Assembly (NCBI GenBank): GCA_963739915.1
Contig: CAVUCF010000027.1
Coordinates: forward strand, 6,017 to 70,016
DNA length: 64,000 nucleotides
Source of the DNA: an uncultured Ignavibacteriaceae bacterium
GTDB lineage: Bacteria > Bacteroidota > Ignavibacteria > Ignavibacteriales > Ignavibacteriaceae
Direction of reading: 5' to 3'
A program made the position numbers and the translations under genes. Below the pieces are notes generated by a model that had not been told where the DNA came from, searched no databases, and saw only the letters and a list, made by a program, of their open reading frames with translations. Each line of letters starts with the position of its first letter. Positions within the stretch are counted from its first letter, which is position 1. Below are positions 9,307 to 18,913 of this stretch, one piece after another.

Positions 9307-9520
9307 TACAAACTCAACATTTTGACTAAATTTTAATTAAAGACTAAAATAGTGCCAACAGAAAAATGCCTTTTAATATAACTAAAATAATAACTCTGAA
9401 AGTATTCCAACGGGGAGTCAACTTGTAAATTTTACATTAATGTATTAATATTGATGGGAGAGAAACTAAAGTTATGGAACGATTGCTCTTTGTAACTATT
9501 TATAAGAAAAGAAGATAGAG

Positions 9521-9592
9521 TGAGCGCGGGTGGCTTCGAACCACCGACCCTCTGCTTAAAAGGCAGATGCTCTACCCCTGAGCTACGCGCCC
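9521..9592 (-). tRNA. tRNA-Lys (anticodon UUU)
   Basis: The reverse complement is GGGCGCGTAGCTCAGGGGTAGAGCATCTGCCTTTTAAGCAGAGGGTCGGTGGTTCGAAGCCACCCGCGCTCA. It folds into a cloverleaf with a 7-bp acceptor stem (one G.U), anticodon loop CTTTTAA and T-loop TTCGAAG. CCA is not encoded. Confidence 0.95.
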
Positions 9593-9678
9593 TTTCAAAA
9601 AAGGAATGCAAATATAGTAAGTTGAGGATTCTAATACAAAATAAAGATTTTAACACATAAAATCGATTGGCGGTAAAA

Positions 9679-11046
9679 ATGGCTTCCCTTAAAAATTCCA
9701 AAATTCTTGTCTGTGATGATGACGAAACTCTATGCTATCTGCTGAAGGAGCAGTTATTAGAGGAAGGATTTGAAGTTGATGCAGTTTATGATGGTAAGTA
9801 TGCGATAGAAGCAATCAAAAGGTCAAATTACGATGTCCTTTTGCTTGATTTAAATATGAAAGAGGTATCAGGCGAGGACGTACTCAAATTTGTAAAAGAC
9901 TACAGTGCATCTTTGCAGGTAATTGTTCTTTCGGGACAAGGAGAAATGAGGAAAGCTATAGATTGTATAAAAGCAGGTGCCTACGATTTTATTCCAAAGC
10001 CATATGAATTTGAGCAGTTACTTGTAACATTAAGCAGAGCTCTTGAACACAAAGATCTTCTGGTAAAAACTGAAATTTTAACTAAAGAGATAAGTAAAAA
10101 GGGTTCTGAAAATATTATTGGAAATAGTGCTGAATTAAAAAGAGTACTTAACCTGGCAAATAAAGCAGCTATCTCCGATTCAAATATTCTCATCGAGGGA
10201 GAAACCGGAACCGGTAAAGAACTTTTAGCCGAATTCATACATAAACACTCCGCCCGGAAAGACAAACCTTTTGTAGTCATTAATTGTGCTTCGTTGCCCG
10301 ATCAATTAATTGAGAGCGAGCTCTTCGGTCACGAAAGGGGTGCTTTCACAGATGCAAAAAACTCTAAACAGGGATTAGTTGAAATAGCTCATGGCGGGTC
10401 TCTTTTTCTGGATGAAATTGGGGAACTCAGTCTTACGCTTCAGCCAAAACTTTTAAGATTTCTGGAGAATGGAGAATACAGACGTATCGGTGGTATAACT
10501 TCATTAACTTCCAATGTTAGAGTAATAGGAGCCACAAACAGAAACTTACTCGAAGAGGCAGATAATAAAAATTTCCGAAAGGATTTGTTATTCAGGCTAA
10601 ATGTTATCACACTTACGATTCCTCCTTTGCGAGACAGAAGGGAAGATATTTTGCTGCTTGCAAACCATTTTATAAAAGAAAAATCTCCGATACGTTCACC
10701 TAAACATCTTTCTAACGAAGCTGAAGAATTACTTTTAGGTTATTCATTCAACGGTAACATCCGGGAGCTTGATCATATTATTGAAAGAGCAATAATTTTT
10801 GCTGAGGGAGAAATAATTTATCCGGAAGATTTGAACCTGCCTCAGTCATATCAAGTACAAACCAGGAAGCACTCTGAGATTGAACACTCCGAAGAAATTT
10901 TAAGTATGGAAGAACTTGAACGATGGCATATTAAGAAAGTACTCGATAGAAACCGATGGGATAGAACGCAGACTGCTAATCAACTTGGTATAAGCCCAAA
11001 AACTCTATATACCAAAATTAAAAAATATGAATTAAAGCCCGTTTAA
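9679..11046 (+). CDS. sigma54-dependent response regulator (NtrC/PilR-type: REC + AAA+ + Fis-type HTH)
   Basis: REC domain (LLLDLNM), Walker A GETGTGKE, the GAFTDA sigma54-contact loop, and a C-terminal HTH QTANQLGISPKTLYTKIKK. An alternative TTG start lies at 9667. Confidence 0.9.
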   Translation: MASLKNSKILVCDDDETLCYLLKEQLLEEGFEVDAVYDGKYAIEAIKRSNYDVLLLDLNMKEVSGEDVLKFVKDYSASLQVIVLSGQGEMRKAIDCIKAGAYDFIPKPYEFEQLLVTLSRALEHKDLLVKTEILTKEISKKGSENIIGNSAELKRVLNLANKAAISDSNILIEGETGTGKELLAEFIHKHSARKDKPFVVINCASLPDQLIESELFGHERGAFTDAKNSKQGLVEIAHGGSLFLDEIGELSLTLQPKLLRFLENGEYRRIGGITSLTSNVRVIGATNRNLLEEADNKNFRKDLLFRLNVITLTIPPLRDRREDILLLANHFIKEKSPIRSPKHLSNEAEELLLGYSFNGNIRELDHIIERAIIFAEGEIIYPEDLNLPQSYQVQTRKHSEIEHSEEILSMEELERWHIKKVLDRNRWDRTQTANQLGISPKTLYTKIKKYELKPV

Positions 11047-11052
11047 TTTTAA

Positions 11053-13038
11053 ATGCCTTCGAGCATAATTGCCAAATATTCACCCGAAATAATTTTCGGT
11101 GAAAATACCCCGGTTGCAATTACCGATAGTCATCTAAAAATAATTTGGTTCAGCAAAAGCTTTAAAGAATATTTTGCCGGGAACAAATTAAAAGGGAAAA
11201 CACTCGCCAGCCTATTAAATTCAGCCGGAATAGATAAGGACACTGAAGAGGTTTATAAAAAACCGACAATTCGTCAGTTACCCGAAATAAATAAAGAGCT
11301 GCACATAACTCCACTTTTTGCGCAAAACAAAAAAGATAAACCTGACAACTATAAATTAGAACTTCTTGACTCAGCAATAGTATCCCAACCCAAAGCAATA
11401 AATGACAAGTCGAGCAAAGATAATATAAACTTTCGAAATGTGTTTCAGGATATCTTGACATTACTAGTAAAAGAAAATTCGATTGATAAGCTTTCTACTG
11501 AAATATTATCGAAGTCAGTTAACCTAACCAAAAGCGATCTTGGAATAATTACATTCTTAATTGAAAATTCAGAAACAGAATTTAAATATCTTGACCCGCA
11601 GAATATTGTTTCAAATAAATCAGATATTGAAAAAACCGTTAAATCTGATTTCAAGTTTATAAGCAAGTGGTTGATGTTAAATAAATCATCCCTGGTGGCA
11701 GCAAACCAGAAAAATAACCTGGGCAGAAATCTTGCATCTTCTATAGGCTGTGATAATATTCTAGTTGCACCTTGTATCTTTGATGAAAAACTTATTGCAA
11801 CTTTGATTGTAGGAAAATTAAAAGATGAATTTACAATCGATGAAATAAAACTTTTAGAGGAATTCTCGACCCTCCTTACATTCATCATAAGCAACATTAG
11901 AACACGCGATTTAAATACAGCGCTTGAAAGCAGGTTATTACAAGCACAGAAGCTTGAAACGATCGGGAAATTATCAAGCGGAATGGCGCACGATTTTGGC
12001 AACCTTCTTTCCAGCATCTTCGGAAGTTTAAACTTATTAAGAAAGCGAGTCGATCAAACAGATAACGTTCAAAAACTGATTGACAATATTGAAAACTGTT
12101 CGGTAAGAGCCCGGGATTTAACAAAAGGATTGCTCTCATTCGGAAAGCCAACTCCCAAGAGAAAGGAACTTGTAAAACCACACCAGCTATTGAGTGAGAT
12201 TATTAAAATTGTAAACCAAACCTTCCCCAAAGCAATAACACTTACTGAAAAAATTGATACTTCTCTTTATGATATTGTTGGCAATGGGACGGAAATCAAT
12301 CAAGTAATTCTCAATTTGTGTGTTAATGCAAAAGAAGCCATCAAAGAAAGAGGAAATATTAATATTATTGCGAAGAACATAACGATAGACGAGAATAACA
12401 TTTCTTTTCTGCCGCTTTTACAAATCGGGAATTATGTAAGGTTTTCTGTAACAGATGATGGTGTTGGTATAGATGAAAAACACCTGACTAAAATATTTGA
12501 TCCATATTTTTCAACGAAGGTGAAAGATACCGGCTCTGGTTTAGGTTTATATGTTTCCTATGGAATAATAAAAGCACACAATGGATTTATAGATGTGACA
12601 AGTAAGCCCGGAGCGGGAACTACTTTTGATGTTTACATTCCTGCCTTCGAACCTCCTAAAGAAAAGAAAACTGATCCGTCCGAGAAAATTATTTTACTTG
12701 CAGATGACGAACCAATGCTGGGAGATCTTCTCGCTGAACTTCTTGAAACAAGTGGATATTCAGTAATAAAAGTAGCATCCGGAAAGGAAGCACTTAAAGT
12801 TCTTACTGAAGAAATTAAAGTCGATCTTGCTATTATTGATTATAATATGCCGGGGTTATCAGGTCTTGAAACAATTGCAGAGATAAGAAAACTAAATCTG
12901 GATATCCCGATTATTTTATCATCAGGAAGTTTGTGGACAAATCAGGAATCAGAATTTTTAAAATACCAAATCAACGGCCAGCTGAACAAGCCTTATGAAT
13001 TTGAAGCGATGCTGGCTACTATCAGGAAATTCGTTTAA
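11053..13038 (+). CDS. hybrid sensor histidine kinase (N-terminal sensory/GAF-like region + HisKA + HATPase + REC)
   Basis: H-box SSGMAHDFGNLL, N-box LNLCVNAKEA, G-boxes DDGVGI and GSGLGL, and a C-terminal receiver ILLADDE...DLAIIDYNMPG...KP. Confidence 0.9.
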   Translation: MPSSIIAKYSPEIIFGENTPVAITDSHLKIIWFSKSFKEYFAGNKLKGKTLASLLNSAGIDKDTEEVYKKPTIRQLPEINKELHITPLFAQNKKDKPDNYKLELLDSAIVSQPKAINDKSSKDNINFRNVFQDILTLLVKENSIDKLSTEILSKSVNLTKSDLGIITFLIENSETEFKYLDPQNIVSNKSDIEKTVKSDFKFISKWLMLNKSSLVAANQKNNLGRNLASSIGCDNILVAPCIFDEKLIATLIVGKLKDEFTIDEIKLLEEFSTLLTFIISNIRTRDLNTALESRLLQAQKLETIGKLSSGMAHDFGNLLSSIFGSLNLLRKRVDQTDNVQKLIDNIENCSVRARDLTKGLLSFGKPTPKRKELVKPHQLLSEIIKIVNQTFPKAITLTEKIDTSLYDIVGNGTEINQVILNLCVNAKEAIKERGNINIIAKNITIDENNISFLPLLQIGNYVRFSVTDDGVGIDEKHLTKIFDPYFSTKVKDTGSGLGLYVSYGIIKAHNGFIDVTSKPGAGTTFDVYIPAFEPPKEKKTDPSEKIILLADDEPMLGDLLAELLETSGYSVIKVASGKEALKVLTEEIKVDLAIIDYNMPGLSGLETIAEIRKLNLDIPIILSSGSLWTNQESEFLKYQINGQLNKPYEFEAMLATIRKFV

Positions 13039-13709
13039 CCTTCCATTTCACTACTATCCACCTTAATCATCTTAACATCTTTAGCGTAATCAGATAGTTC
13101 CGGTTTGGTTATAGAATTTAATTTGTTCAGAACATCGCTGATATCTTTTATTGCAGCATCAATGTATTTAACACGACTTAAAATTGATTCCCTGGTGAAT
13201 CCTTCTTTTTCAAGTTCTTTCTTAATTGCCGCAGATGAAAGACTGAGCAACGTGAGGGGTTGTTTAATTTTATGATTTGCTGTTACTATCGTGGCAATGA
13301 ACGTTGTTCGTTTTTCTACTTCCAGAAGCTGTTGATTAGCTTCAGAAAGTTTAAGAGCCGATTTTACTCTTGCAATCAACTCAATACGATTAAAAGGTTT
13401 CTTTATATAATCGAAGGCGCCAGATTCAAGGCCTTCTTTAGTATCCTCTGCACCAGCTTTTGCAGTTACAAGAATGATTGGAATGTGCTTTGTCTTTTCA
13501 TCGTTAACAAGAGTTTTACAGACATCAAGCCCGCTCATATCCGGCATCATCACATCCAACAAAATAAGATCGGGTAAAGTAGAATACGCCTTTTCCATTC
13601 CATCGTTGCCGCCGTAAGCTGTAATTACTTCATACCCTTCCTGAGCCAGCCGGTCCTGCAGGATAAATATATTTTCGGGAAGATCATCAATGACCAGAAT
13701 TTTTTTCAT
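13035..13709 (-). CDS. response regulator: REC domain fused to a stand-alone HisKA/DHp-like helix pair (no ATPase domain)
   Basis: REC (ILVIDD...LILLDVMMPDMSG...KP) followed by TIVTANHKIKQPLTLLS, which resembles an H-box (compare SHELRTPL). The protein ends 90 aa later with no N/G boxes. Confidence 0.8.
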   Translation of the reverse strand: MKKILVIDDLPENIFILQDRLAQEGYEVITAYGGNDGMEKAYSTLPDLILLDVMMPDMSGLDVCKTLVNDEKTKHIPIILVTAKAGAEDTKEGLESGAFDYIKKPFNRIELIARVKSALKLSEANQQLLEVEKRTTFIATIVTANHKIKQPLTLLSLSSAAIKKELEKEGFTRESILSRVKYIDAAIKDISDVLNKLNSITKPELSDYAKDVKMIKVDSSEMEG

Positions 13710-13710
13710 T

Positions 13711-16700
13711 TCACGTTGTCTTTAGTTGATTTATTAACTGTTGAATCTTGTGTACAACAAAAGCAGGGTTAACAGGCTTGGGAATGTAGCCGGTGAATCC
13801 ATGTTTTAAAATGATTTCGTTATCTTCTTTCATAGCTTTTGCAGTAACAGCAAAAACAGGAATATCTGACCACTTATTATTTCCCTTAATCTGCTTGATT
13901 GTTTTGAAACCATCCATCTCCGGCATAATGATATCTAAAAGTATTAAGTCGGGAATTTTTGTTTCCAACAATTCCAGGCATTCTTTACCATTATGAGCAA
14001 TTATTGGATTGCAATTAGCCTCTTGAACTATTTCAGCTAAAGTAAAAAGAGTGTTGGGATCATCATCAACAATCATAATATCTAATTCGGAATTTTCATC
14101 ACTGATATGTTGAGGTTCCGGCAGAATACTTTTATCTATTTCTGATTTAGAGATAGAATTTAATCCCGAAGATTGAGAATATTTTACAGACTCCTGATTT
14201 TCAAGCCAGCTCTGTACAAGCCTGAATGCATCAGCAATCTGCCGGTTAGAGTTTAATGTAATTGCTTCGAGAATATCGGAAAGAGATTTCTTGTCTTCGT
14301 TGCTTATTTCACTTTCACAAGAAATAATTATGGGGATAGACTTCGTCTCAGAATTTGATTTCAGCATATAAGTAAGTGTTATACCATCGATACCAGACAT
14401 TGTTAAATCTAATATTATCAGGTCCGGATTCGTATCTTCAATTTTGCTTAATGCTTCTTCACTTTCATTTATTAGTTCAACCTTTGCCTCATCAGAATTC
14501 AAAAGTTGATTAAATTTTTTTAATTCCTGATCATCGTCATCGATAACTGCAATTTTTTGAATATTCTTATTAAAGCTGTTTCCTAATTTGAAAAAGACTT
14601 CAGACAGATATTCAGAGGACAACGGCTTTATTAAATAATCAAATGCTTCAAGCACATAAGCACGATTTTCTTCTTCATTAATTGAAACAAGAATTACAGG
14701 AATATTTTGTGTGTTAACATTTTGCTTTAATTCTTTAATAATATCCCAGCAATTTGTTCTTTTTAGATTTACATTTAGGACGATCGCAATCGGTTGACGA
14801 TCAGTTATGCTTTGAAAATCTAGATTACTGTCTTCTATAAAAATTGATTCATAACCCAGGGAAGAAAGATATTTGCTGGTGGCTGACTTTAATTCATTTC
14901 CCCGATCAATTACAATTATCGGTTTTTTTCCGTTTTTAATAATCGGGAGAATTTCCACCGGTATTCTGTTCTGTTCTCTACTAAATACCTTCACTTGATT
15001 AAATGGAATTGAAAAAGTAAAGGTAGAGCCTTGCTTAAGTTCACTTATAACAGAAAGATTTCCATTCAGAATATCAGACAGCTTCTTGCTTATAGCAAGA
15101 CCCAATCCGGTTCCTCCTCTTCTTCGAGACTTAGAACTATTTGATTGCCGGAACTCCTCAAAAATCACATCAATCTCTTCTTGAGAAATACCAATGCCTG
15201 TATCAACTACTTCAAAGTTTAGCATCTCATTTCCAACCGAAATTTTTAGAACTACTCTTCCTTCATCAGTGTACTTAACAGCGTTTCCTAAAAGATTTAT
15301 AAGAACCTGAACAACTTTTCCACGATCAGTACTAATGACAGTGTGGGGATCAATTTTTCTTACCACTTCGTAACTAATCTTCTTTTCATTTGCCAGCATT
15401 AAAATTCCAGCAGAAACTTCGGCAATAATTTCTTCGAGGATAACATCTTCATGCATCACTTCAACTTTGCCAGCTTCAATTTTCGATAAATCAAGGATGT
15501 CATTTATAAGTGTCATCAATCTTTTACCACTGTTCAGAACCACTTCAAGCCTTTCCTTATTTCGTGGCTCAAGATCAACTTTTTCCAGCATAAGCTCAGT
15601 TAGTCCAAGAATTGAATTCATTGGAGTGCGAAGTTCATGAGACATACTTGCAAGGAATTTAGACTTTGCATCTGTTAATTCAATTGCTCTTTGTCTCTGT
15701 CTTTCCAGTTCCTCAGCCTGAACTTTTAACTCGTTATGAAGTTGTAGTAACGTTTCATTTTGTTCTTTGATCTGAACATTTTGTTTTTGATATTCTTCAT
15801 TCAGTTGTTGAAGCTCAACGACTAATTTTTCAAGCTGCAATAAGGCTCCGGCGTTAGTAATTCCGATTGCCAACTGATCTTTTATTTTTTCCAGATAATC
15901 TCGAACTTCTTCCCGCGGTCTGGTCAACGAACCTAATTCTAAAACAGCGATTGACTTATTATTATAAACTATCGGCAGGAAAAGCATGTATTTAATTTTA
16001 ATATCAAGCAAACCTGTTGAAACAACCGGAAGATCTTCTTCGTTGTAAAGTTCAAGACTCTGTTTTGTTTCAAGAACTTTTTTAAAGAAATCCGCAATTC
16101 CCGGACGTACTGAATAGTTAGTATTTAAACCATACGAAGAGATAAGCGTAATGTTGTCGTCAACACTATAAAGCCCACCAATTAAAAAATCTCCCGTGTC
16201 AAGAATTTTCTTCAAAGCAACGTCTGATATTTCTTTAAGTGACGGATTTTGATTAATAAGAGTAATGAATTCAGCATATTCATTTTTTGCAACTTCCTTC
16301 TTCTTAAGTTCTTCCAGCATTTTGTTAAATGCTGCCCCTAATTTTCCGATTTCATCCTTACTCTTAACCTCAATTTTATAATCGAATTTTCCTGCATAAG
16401 TTTGTTCAGTTGCTTTACTTAATTCAGTTACCTGATTTCTAAATTTATGAGTGAAGACAAGTGTAAAAATCAAAGAGAGAGCGATACCGACAAACCCGAT
16501 AATGATAAAAATACTTTGTAGAGTGCTTCTTAATTCACCAGCTTCTGCAAACGTACCAAATATTAAATAATAAACTTCGTCCTGACCAGCCGCCGTTGTG
16601 GGCTTATATATCGTTGCCAAAATATCTTTGGACTCAGTGCCTTGAATATAAAGTTCAAAATTGTTTTTATTTTTTAGGTTATCAACAGCCTGGCTTAATA

Positions 16701-17256
16701 CGTATAAATATTTCTGATTATCCATCTGGTTAGAAAAATCAGCAGGATAACTATTCCAGATTAGTGCGATGTCCGAATTAATCCTCTTTGAGATTTCATT
16801 AAGCATGTCATTATTGATAGCTCTTCCATATACATATTTTTTTCCATCAGGAGCAGAAAAATTCATTATCATCAAATACGGATTATAACTTTTGAATTCT
16901 CTGATGTTGAATTCTTTTTCAGGAAGGATAATATAGTTTTTAGTCAAATGCTTTGAGATCATCTCTTCCTTTTCATTTCCTAATTCCAGAATAAAATCAA
17001 TGTTCTTTAATTGAAGAGTTTGTTCATCCCAAAACTTTTCTATACCCCGATTATATATTGAAAAAAAATCATCCTCTGTATCTGATTGAAGTGTCCTGTA
17101 AACGTATATAAAATTATTTGCAGATTGTCTTAAATTGCGGGTTTGAGATGATGTAAGAACATCATAAACAATGCTGTAAAATACAAAAAAAGAACTGCCT
17201 AGTATTAGTACTACAATCAGAAAATTGATTAACAATATTCTCAGGCTGATCTTCAT
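13711..17256 (-). CDS. large transmembrane hybrid histidine kinase (sensor domain-TM-HAMP-GAF-coiled coil-HisKA-HATPase-REC*-REC-REC)
   Basis: Two TM helices bracket a sensor domain of about 215 aa. Also present: an HAMP region, the H-box MSHELRTPMN, and the boxes NLLGNAVKYT / DTGIGI / GTGLGL. There are three receiver-like domains. The first has Asn in place of the phospho-Asp (IAIVLNVNL). Confidence 0.9.
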   Translation of the reverse strand: MKISLRILLINFLIVVLILGSSFFVFYSIVYDVLTSSQTRNLRQSANNFIYVYRTLQSDTEDDFFSIYNRGIEKFWDEQTLQLKNIDFILELGNEKEEMISKHLTKNYIILPEKEFNIREFKSYNPYLMIMNFSAPDGKKYVYGRAINNDMLNEISKRINSDIALIWNSYPADFSNQMDNQKYLYVLSQAVDNLKNKNNFELYIQGTESKDILATIYKPTTAAGQDEVYYLIFGTFAEAGELRSTLQSIFIIIGFVGIALSLIFTLVFTHKFRNQVTELSKATEQTYAGKFDYKIEVKSKDEIGKLGAAFNKMLEELKKKEVAKNEYAEFITLINQNPSLKEISDVALKKILDTGDFLIGGLYSVDDNITLISSYGLNTNYSVRPGIADFFKKVLETKQSLELYNEEDLPVVSTGLLDIKIKYMLFLPIVYNNKSIAVLELGSLTRPREEVRDYLEKIKDQLAIGITNAGALLQLEKLVVELQQLNEEYQKQNVQIKEQNETLLQLHNELKVQAEELERQRQRAIELTDAKSKFLASMSHELRTPMNSILGLTELMLEKVDLEPRNKERLEVVLNSGKRLMTLINDILDLSKIEAGKVEVMHEDVILEEIIAEVSAGILMLANEKKISYEVVRKIDPHTVISTDRGKVVQVLINLLGNAVKYTDEGRVVLKISVGNEMLNFEVVDTGIGISQEEIDVIFEEFRQSNSSKSRRRGGTGLGLAISKKLSDILNGNLSVISELKQGSTFTFSIPFNQVKVFSREQNRIPVEILPIIKNGKKPIIVIDRGNELKSATSKYLSSLGYESIFIEDSNLDFQSITDRQPIAIVLNVNLKRTNCWDIIKELKQNVNTQNIPVILVSINEEENRAYVLEAFDYLIKPLSSEYLSEVFFKLGNSFNKNIQKIAVIDDDDQELKKFNQLLNSDEAKVELINESEEALSKIEDTNPDLIILDLTMSGIDGITLTYMLKSNSETKSIPIIISCESEISNEDKKSLSDILEAITLNSNRQIADAFRLVQSWLENQESVKYSQSSGLNSISKSEIDKSILPEPQHISDENSELDIMIVDDDPNTLFTLAEIVQEANCNPIIAHNGKECLELLETKIPDLILLDIIMPEMDGFKTIKQIKGNNKWSDIPVFAVTAKAMKEDNEIILKHGFTGYIPKPVNPAFVVHKIQQLINQLKTT

Positions 17257-17279
17257 TTATTTTGCTTTGAAGGAATTAA

Positions 17280-17645
17280 TTATTTTTTTTGAATTACTCT
17301 TCTAATAGAAGCAAGAAGTTTGCCAAAATCATAGGGCTTAATTATAAAATCTGAAGCACCTAACCTTGCAGATTCTATGGCACTTTTTACGTCTGAGTGG
17401 GCAGTTAAAATGATTATTTTAGGTTTGATGCCCGGATAAGAATTGATTTCTTGCTGAATTTGAAATCCATCTTTCCCGGGCATATTAAGGTCAAGAAGAA
17501 TGAGATCGGTTTCTTTATCTTTTAAGAATTCTGTTACATTTTCACTGTTTGTTAAACAAGATGTTGTGTAACCAGCTGCATTTAATTCTTCCGAAAGAAA
17601 ATTGCACAGATTAATGTCATCATCAACAATAAGAATTGATTCCAT
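17280..17645 (-). CDS. single-domain response regulator (CheY-like)
   Basis: 121 aa: ILIVDDD...DLILLDLNMPGKDG...TAHSD...KP. Confidence 0.9.
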   Translation of the reverse strand: MESILIVDDDINLCNFLSEELNAAGYTTSCLTNSENVTEFLKDKETDLILLDLNMPGKDGFQIQQEINSYPGIKPKIIILTAHSDVKSAIESARLGASDFIIKPYDFGKLLASIRRVIQKK

Positions 17646-17647
17646 TA

Positions 17648-18900
17648 TTACGGTGTCTTGGCATCGTCGCCTTCATTAAATTCATAGTACTTCATTTGGT
17701 TTTTACCAGCTTCTAATTCTTTACTGAGAACATTTTGCCACTGTGGATTATCAAATCTTTCCTGAAGTGTAGGAATGAGTTCCATCTTTAACAATATAAC
17801 AAGTTCTTTTTTCCGAATTATAGTTTGATCGTAGCCAGTTAAATACCTAATACCAAATACCCACCACGGAAGATCCATCAAGAATGGAATACCAACACGT
17901 GTTATCTGCCTCTTCATTAAGAAACAAACCTCCGATAGCAGTTTCTTCTCCATTAAGCATTAGAACCTGTGTGGCGGCAGTTGTCTTTCTAATTTCTGTC
18001 TGTAATTCGTTGGTTGAGAATGAACTTCGTTCAACACCTATATCCAATAGTGCATACTCTAAACCACCTTCTTTTTGAATATAAGGAGTAACTATTATTA
18101 TTGTTCCAGTTGGGAAGAATTGTTCAGTAGTATTTCCAGCAAAATCTCTTGTCTTAACTGAAAAATCTACACCAACCTGAATCTTTCCCTCTGTTCTATC
18201 TCGTACAGTTATACTTGGATTTGAAATAATATTTCCAATACCGGTTTCATCAAAGAACTTAAAGATAGCAGTTGCCTGTCCAAAAAGATCGCCCATTTGA
18301 AAGGCAGAATTAATTCCCATTTTAAATTCCGGCTGAAGACCTTGCTGCTGCTGTTGTCCTCCACCTTCTTGACTTTGATCTCTCTCAGTTTCAGTTCTTA
18401 AGTTTCCGGCAATGTTTGTTTGTTCTCCTGATAATAAAAATCTCCAATCAAAGCCTATTTTTCTGGCTTCGACAACGTCTATTTCACAAAACAGAGCCGA
18501 TATTTTTACCTCACGTTGAGTTAGTGGGGCATATGTATTTGGGATCCTTATTAGCATCTTCGTCATCTTTAGACCGAACTATAATGACATCCTCTTTTAC
18601 TTCGTATTCGAAGCCGGCAAAATTTACGATCATAAGAAGCGCCTTATCGAAAGGCATATTGATTACTTCAATACCGATTGGATCCTTCTTTTGAACTGTA
18701 GAAACAATCCTTCTTCCAGAAACACTTTCGCTTACTTTGCTGAGCAATTCTATTGCCTGATCAAAGGGAAGTGTTTCGGACATTGTTACAAGCTCGTCAG
18801 GATTCTGATAAGTTTTGAACCGTCTTTCCCAATAATCCTGGGCTGTTACCTGAAGAACTATGAGAAGAGATAAAACGAAATAAGTTATTATGTTTTTCAT
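17648..18900 (-). pseudogene. compact secretin (PilQ/GspD family, about 417 aa), split by two frameshifts
   Basis: Three overlapping ORFs (18900-18511, 18566-17847, 17953-17648) read through as signal peptide, N-domain and secretin core. Core motifs are SNPSITVRDRTEGKIQVG and ...TAIGGLFLNEE[shift]ITRVGIPFLMDLPWWVFGIRYL. The shifts lie near 18515-18545 and 17905-17915. Confidence 0.8.
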
Positions 18901-18913
18901 GCTTATACTCTAT

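Noticed and set aside
9335-9360. TGGCAC-TATTT-TAGTC on the minus strand upstream of the small membrane gene 8998-9306, looking like a sigma54 -24 box.
   Set aside because: The -12 element matches only 2 of 4 positions (TAGT versus TTGC) and lacks the conserved GC. It is weaker than the pilin-upstream site, so it was not reported as a feature.
9432-9701. 89-aa minus-strand ORF spanning the tRNA-Lys locus.
   Set aside because: It overlaps the tRNA gene and the promoter/5' end of the NtrC-type gene. The translation is simply the tRNA sequence read as protein (ARSSGVEHLPFKQRVGGSKP).
18330-18365. CTG/CTGCTG-rich stretch encoding poly-Gln in the secretin, possibly a slippage-prone microsatellite.
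   Set aside because: Only about five Gln codons are present, mixed CAG/CAA on the coding strand. That is too short and too impure to call a repeat locus.
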